A stretch of 64,000 bases of DNA from an uncultured delta proteobacterium (GTDB lineage Bacteria; Desulfobacterota; Binatia; UBA9968): NCBI GenBank assembly GCA_963745835.1, contig CAVUZH010000013.1:1-64000 (forward strand), written 5' to 3'. The translations under genes and the position numbers were made by a program. Shown piece by piece: positions 59,141 to 64,000 of this stretch (the stretch's first letter is position 1; the number at the start of each line of letters is the position of its first letter). Below the pieces are notes generated by a model, which was given only the letters and a program-made list of their open reading frames with translations, did no database searches and had not been told where the DNA came from.

Positions 59141-60892
59141 GTGGAATCGGTTTTAAGATCGGTAAGAGCGCTGATGCCTACGGCGCGCGGCAGCGAACTT
59201 CTGACAGCGCGCTCGACCCTTCTGTTTGCCAGCGCAGCGATTCTCTCGACCGTTCTATTGTTGCTCCTTATCGTCCTGGTGATCGCTTTCCAGGATCCAG
59301 TCGATTCGTCGATTTACACGCTGAAAAATTTCCGCCTGCTCTACCTGGAGCCGTTCGTCTATCATACCCTGCTCAATACCGCCGGTTTTACACTGGTGAG
59401 CACGGTGACCGCGTTATTCTTCGCGGTGCCGATTGCCTGGTTTGCCGAGCGCACCGATCTGCCGGGGCGGAGCACGATATTTCCGTTGATGATGGCCAGC
59501 ACGATACTGCCGGGGCTCTTTGGCGCGCTCGGTTGGCTGTTCATGTTCCATCCGCGGATCGGCACGATCAACCGCTGGTTGGTCGATGCCTTGCCGTTCT
59601 TCGAAAACGCTCCGATCAATATTCTGTCGATTCCGGGAATGGGGTTTATTTCCGGGCTGGGCATGTCTTCGCTCGCCTTTATTATGCTGGCGGCGACCTT
59701 CCGGGCTATGGATCCCGCGCTCGAGGAAAGCGCGCAGGTTCACGGTCTTGGTTTCGTGCACCGGTTTTGGAAAGTCACCCTACCGTTGATGTGGCCCGGA
59801 ATACTCGCGGTGGCGATTTACATCTCGACGATTGGACTGGCATCTTTCGACGTGCCGGCAATCATCGGCATGGCCAATCGGATTTTCACCTTCAGCACTT
59901 TCGTCTACATCCACGCAAATCCCGAAGACGGTCCACCGAATTTCGGTATTGTCGGCGCCGCCAGCGTGCTCATGATTCTCGTCGCCCTCATTCTCAGCTG
60001 GCTCTATGTTCGGGTCATCAAGCAATCTCATAAGTACAGTGTCGTGACCGGAAAAAATTATCGTCCTAGAATCGTTGAGCTTGGTCGCTGGTGGATCGTT
60101 GGCTGGGTATTTATCGCGGCGAAACTTCTGCTCGGCGTCGTGCTGCCGCTCCTGACCTTGATCTGGGCCTCGTTGATTCCCTATTTCCAGCCGTTCTCGA
60201 TTTCGGCGCTGGATCTGGTTTCTTTGGAAAACTTTTATCGGATCCCATGGGACCGATTTTGGCAGGCGGCCACAAACACCGCGATATTGACGCTGGTCGT
60301 CCCCACTCTACTCGTGCTGATAGGGTTGGTGATCTCGTGGGTCGTGATCCGCTCCGGATCGAAATATGCCGGGCTGATCGATACGGCGGCGTTTATGCCG
60401 CACGCGGTTCCGAATCTCATTTTTTCCGTCGCCCTTTTAGTCGTCGCGCTCTTCTGGCTGCCGGAGTTCATTCCGTTTTACAACACGATTTATATTCTCA
60501 TTGCCAGCTTCGTCATCGCCCGCATCAGCTTCCCGACGCGGGTCTATAACAATGCGCTGCTGCAGATTCACAAAGAGCTCGACGAAGCGGCTTACGTTTC
60601 CGGACTCGGCACCCTCCGGGTGTTGCGCCATGTGCTGATTCCGCTGCTGCGGCCGGCCACGGTCTACGCATGGATCTGGATGGCGCTACTGTCCTACCGG
60701 GAGCTGACTCTCGCCGCCTTTTTAACCGGACGGGAGAATCAAACCCTGCCGACGCTGATCCTGGGCCTGGTATCGGCCGGGCAGGCCACCATCGCCGCGG
60801 CAGTCTCGCTGCTATTGTTTATTTTCATGATTCCGCTGGTGGTTTTATACTTCTTGTTTGGCCGGCGGAGTTTTCAGGTAGGCGATCATTAA
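59141..60892 (+). CDS. ABC transporter permease (FbpB-like)
   Basis: LEESAQVHG and LDEAAYVSG EAA loops; many hydrophobic segments. Confidence 0.93.
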   Translation: MESVLRSVRALMPTARGSELLTARSTLLFASAAILSTVLLLLLIVLVIAFQDPVDSSIYTLKNFRLLYLEPFVYHTLLNTAGFTLVSTVTALFFAVPIAWFAERTDLPGRSTIFPLMMASTILPGLFGALGWLFMFHPRIGTINRWLVDALPFFENAPINILSIPGMGFISGLGMSSLAFIMLAATFRAMDPALEESAQVHGLGFVHRFWKVTLPLMWPGILAVAIYISTIGLASFDVPAIIGMANRIFTFSTFVYIHANPEDGPPNFGIVGAASVLMILVALILSWLYVRVIKQSHKYSVVTGKNYRPRIVELGRWWIVGWVFIAAKLLLGVVLPLLTLIWASLIPYFQPFSISALDLVSLENFYRIPWDRFWQAATNTAILTLVVPTLLVLIGLVISWVVIRSGSKYAGLIDTAAFMPHAVPNLIFSVALLVVALFWLPEFIPFYNTIYILIASFVIARISFPTRVYNNALLQIHKELDEAAYVSGLGTLRVLRHVLIPLLRPATVYAWIWMALLSYRELTLAAFLTGRENQTLPTLILGLVSAGQATIAAAVSLLLFIFMIPLVVLYFLFGRRSFQVGDH

Positions 60893-60963
60893 TCACGAGA
60901 AAGAGCGCTGTCACGAATAGTGAATCCATGTTAGAGCGCAATAAACTTCAAGAGAGGTGAGTT

Positions 60964-61377
60964 ATGGCGAATATCAGAACGTTTGATCATTGCGGTTTTG
61001 TCGTCGAGGATATTCCAAGATCGCATCAGTTCTACAACACGCTTCTTGGCGCGAAGCCCTTGCACATTCAGAATCTCAATACCCAGCGACTTTACCAGGG
61101 CGGCTTTCCGGTCATGTCGTTCGTCGAAATGGGCGGCCACCGCTTCGAGCTGTGTCTGGCTCAGGAACCGCTGCCGAAAGTCGAAGGCGCCGGCACTATG
61201 CCACGCATCGGATTTTCACTGAGTGATGAGATGATGGACCAGATGATGCAACAACTTGATGCGAACAAAATCCCGCACGAGGGCCCGATCGACTATCCTG
61301 ATCCGGTACCTTTTAAGCGCACGATAAGAGTCTGGGATCCTGACGGCAACACGCTGGAATTCTGTGTGCGGCGATAA
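60964..61377 (+). CDS. VOC family protein
   Basis: FDHCGFVVEDI...FYNTLLG; WDPDGNTLEF. Confidence 0.88.
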   Translation: MANIRTFDHCGFVVEDIPRSHQFYNTLLGAKPLHIQNLNTQRLYQGGFPVMSFVEMGGHRFELCLAQEPLPKVEGAGTMPRIGFSLSDEMMDQMMQQLDANKIPHEGPIDYPDPVPFKRTIRVWDPDGNTLEFCVRR

Positions 61378-61388
61378 CGGAGGTTTTC

Positions 61389-61844
61389 ATGATTCAATAC
61401 CAGGACATCAGCCATCTGGCGATGGAAGTGACCGATCTGGATGGGGCGGAACAGTTTTATGGCAAGGCCTTGGGTATGGAGACGGTCTGCCGCGACAACG
61501 GCGAGCTCGGCCAAGGCCGACTGGTGATGAAAAACGCAACCGGCCAGTTTTTGCTTCTCGAAAAAGTAAACAAGCTCTCTCAGCGATCCCGTTTCTGCGG
61601 CCCTGACGTGAATAAAGTGCCGGACCCCGGCGAGGGATTCCGTTACAAGGGCGCCCATCTCGCGATGAGCGTCGGCTCGCTTGAGGAATACGACCAGGTC
61701 TACAACAGATTGGAAGATAGCGGCGCTTACCTGGAGGGCGATTTACGCGCGGCGCATCGCAAGCCGGGCGAGAAGAGCGTCTACTTTTACGATCCGTTCG
61801 GCAATCGACTTCAGCTCATTATCTTGCCGCCGGCCCAGTCGTGA
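61389..61844 (+). CDS. VOC family protein
   Basis: ISHLAMEVTDL...FYGKALG; HLAM; VYFYDPFGNRLQL. Confidence 0.88.
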   Translation: MIQYQDISHLAMEVTDLDGAEQFYGKALGMETVCRDNGELGQGRLVMKNATGQFLLLEKVNKLSQRSRFCGPDVNKVPDPGEGFRYKGAHLAMSVGSLEEYDQVYNRLEDSGAYLEGDLRAAHRKPGEKSVYFYDPFGNRLQLIILPPAQS

Positions 61845-61849
61845 TGGCG

Positions 61850-61973
61850 CAGTCTGCTGAAAAAGACTCATATGCTGCGTTGCACTCGTTCGACTCGCTT
61901 CAACGTACTGAAGCGTACGCCTCAGCTCATCGGATTTCGTGCGCCTTGCATCTGAATCTTTTTGAGCAGCCTG
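61850..61973. mobile_element. ~125-bp MITE-like element
   Basis: CAGTCTGCTGAAAAA...TTTTTGAGCAGCCTG, located between convergent genes. Confidence 0.78.
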
Positions 61974-62079
61974 CATCCGGGTTTTTCAGCAGCTGCTAGG
62001 CTAAAGCTAGTGTGCCCTTTAAAAGGGTAAGCCAAGACGCATTTTGCCTGCGACCGCGAGAGACTGTGAGTCGCCCCAC

Positions 62080-63216
62080 TCAGCCCGCCGCTGCCAGCTT
62101 TTTCCGCCATTCAGCTTGTTTGTGCACCGTGGTGGTAACCTCAAATTTACTATCGAAGAAGTGTTTGGTCGGATCGATCGGAACTCGCCAGCGCAATTTA
62201 CTATAAAAATTGAGCCGGAGAAAATTCTCATCCTCCGGTGGAATGCTGATGACACTGTGCGAGATGCCGAGCGGAATGATCGTCACCTCTCCGGGGGAGA
62301 CTTCAACATTTTCGAACTCTGACATGTCGAGCGCGTCCCCCCGGAATTGGATGCGGACCTCCTCACTTCGCAAGGCCCGATGAAATGCGAACTGCTCGTC
62401 CTGCATATTGTAAGTGCGAATCCGCATGCTGGCAGATTCCATGAGCGGCTGAGTGCCGGCGTCTTCGCGGCCCTTGCCAACGATGGCAGTGAAATGATCA
62501 AACGCCCGAAGCTTATGAACCGCGCTTCCCGGCTGACCGCGCCTTAGCCCGGCAACTCCAACGATAGAGTCGTAATCGCGCTCGACCAAAGTGTAGTCAT
62601 CGGCACCATCATCCCAGAAATGCATCTTCTCGATCACGCGACCGTTGGCAGTCGGTTGAGCGCTCTGCGCTACGGTCCAATCGGGACCGCCGATGCGTTT
62701 TACGACGAAGCTGGTTTGGCTCGTGTACTGGTCTTCGCCCATGACATAGTCCACCGCCTCATGACTGCGGCAGAAATAACGCAGGCTATCATCACGTCCG
62801 ATTGAGCGATGGGAGATGCCACCCGGGATCAAAATCACTTCGCCCGGCTCCATTTCATAGATGCCAAATTCCGTCTCCACTGTCGTGTTGCCGCAAAATT
62901 GAAAATAGACGATGTCGCTATCGATGTAGCGATGGAAGCTGTCTTGAGCTCCCATCACACTCTCCACCCCGATACGGTGGTTTTCGTTTTCGAGGATTAC
63001 CAGCGACTCGTTGGGAGTGCTGAGCATATCAAAGGGCCGGAATCGCGGTGTATAATGTGTGCTCTTGGCCGTTCCCATCAAGCCGGCCTTCCTACGCTCG
63101 GCCCATGCCGCCAATCCTGGTCGGGGAAAGTCTTTCCATGTGGTCATGAACTCGCCGATACGCTCTTGTTTATAGACCTTCTCTTCCGTTGCCTTTGTTT
63201 CAGGTCTCCTGAACAT
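62080..63216 (-). CDS. Bicupin protein, homogentisate-dioxygenase-like
   Basis: Two cupin repeats: FHRYIDSDIVYFQFCG...TEFG..EMEPGE...PGGISH and FHRALRSEEVRIQFRG...PGE...PLGISH. Confidence 0.65.
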   Translation of the reverse strand: MFRRPETKATEEKVYKQERIGEFMTTWKDFPRPGLAAWAERRKAGLMGTAKSTHYTPRFRPFDMLSTPNESLVILENENHRIGVESVMGAQDSFHRYIDSDIVYFQFCGNTTVETEFGIYEMEPGEVILIPGGISHRSIGRDDSLRYFCRSHEAVDYVMGEDQYTSQTSFVVKRIGGPDWTVAQSAQPTANGRVIEKMHFWDDGADDYTLVERDYDSIVGVAGLRRGQPGSAVHKLRAFDHFTAIVGKGREDAGTQPLMESASMRIRTYNMQDEQFAFHRALRSEEVRIQFRGDALDMSEFENVEVSPGEVTIIPLGISHSVISIPPEDENFLRLNFYSKLRWRVPIDPTKHFFDSKFEVTTTVHKQAEWRKKLAAAG

Positions 63217-63254
63217 AGTTCCTCCTGATCATGTTAGATTCACTTTTAGCCTAT

Positions 63255-63800
63255 TTACCAAATTGTTCCGAAACCGTGCGCTTCGTGCAACACCGGCGCG
63301 AGCACTTTATAAGGATCGCCGAACTCAGCAGCCGCTTCGAGCACCTCAGGATGATGCAGCAGCGCGCGATCGAGCATGCCATGACGATCGACCACCAACC
63401 GATGGTCAATATAGAGCCGCGCGTTGAACACCGAGCCATTCCGATGTCTGAACTTGGGATACTTGCGCGGCGTTTCCAGCCCCGCCCACGGCATTTTACT
63501 AATCAACTCCCAATGCATCGGATCGGCGATCCCATACTCCGCCGAGGCCTTGGGATGGTAGCCGAACATGATTTCGATCAGGCGGTTCGATTCGGAAACT
63601 TCCTTGAACAAGCGCTTGCACTCTTCGCCGATTTCGCCGCCGCCGTCGACTTCAGTGATCAGGCTTTCTTTAACTTTCCAGCGCATCGGTTCGCGCAGCA
63701 TGCCAGAGACACCCTGAACGCAGCTTAGATAAACTTCACCATTGGCTTCGCCGTCGCCGTTGAACACGCCGCAGCGGCCCCAGGGAAAGTGACAGCGTCC
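63255..63800 (-). CDS. C-terminal part of a leucyl-aminopeptidase/NicX-like (M29 fold) protein, 5' end missing
   Basis: EANGEVY; ITEVDGGG; LIEIMFGYHPKA; LYIDHRLVVD. No upstream continuation is recognisable. Confidence 0.5.
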   Translation of the reverse strand, partial: GRCHFPWGRCGVFNGDGEANGEVYLSCVQGVSGMLREPMRWKVKESLITEVDGGGEIGEECKRLFKEVSESNRLIEIMFGYHPKASAEYGIADPMHWELISKMPWAGLETPRKYPKFRHRNGSVFNARLYIDHRLVVDRHGMLDRALLHHPEVLEAAAEFGDPYKVLAPVLHEAHGFGTIW

Positions 63801-64000
63801 GGGTGAACGATAGCATCCCTGAAAGACGCAAGCTGATGCGAGGGGGACTTTAAAGATTTGCGGCTCACACCTCGCCTGTATATCTTAGCGTCAAAAAACT
63901 GACAAACTGCTGCTAACGCTCCTTGACATAGATGCGATGCATGGCCTAACGTTTCGCTAGTTACCTTAAATTTTGCAAAAGAATCCATCCCTCTAAATCA

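Noticed and set aside
31479-63728. Long antisense/overlapping ORFs (e.g. 31479-32237, 45179-45934, 49366-50148, 51716-52555)
   Set aside because: They are shadow ORFs opposite well-supported genes in GC-rich DNA and show no recognisable motifs.
1-64000. tRNA, rRNA, autonomous transposase, integrase or reverse transcriptase genes
   Set aside because: None was recognised in the sequence or the ORF track, so any enzyme acting on the repeats must be encoded outside the window.

Overview
The window appears to join at least two unrelated sequences. Bases 1-~7240 are lower in GC and rich in indels. They hold rpmI-rplT followed by a mevalonate-pathway cluster (fni, class II HMG-CoA reductase, start of a mevalonate kinase); a Bdellovibrionota-like origin is inferred. 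At ~7240 the sequence switches mid-gene to a GC-rich PLD/SNF2 helicase gene. Bases ~11300-31400 form a dense array of about 17 type II toxin-antitoxin modules, many truncated, plus an SBD-HNH nuclease. These modules are punctuated by co-oriented non-coding repeats: a ~290-nt element (9 copies), two related 32-bp palindromes (site A, about 18 copies; site B, 6 copies, tied to an ArsR gene) and GTTCMA tandem tracts. No integrase, transposase, attC site or CRISPR array is visible, so this cassette-like architecture is the main candidate for an undescribed system. Bases ~31500-63800 are a transport and catabolism region rich in solute-binding proteins (Ca. Binatia-like by gene content, inferred), in which the same short repeats continue. 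All family calls come from motif recognition by eye; no database search was run.
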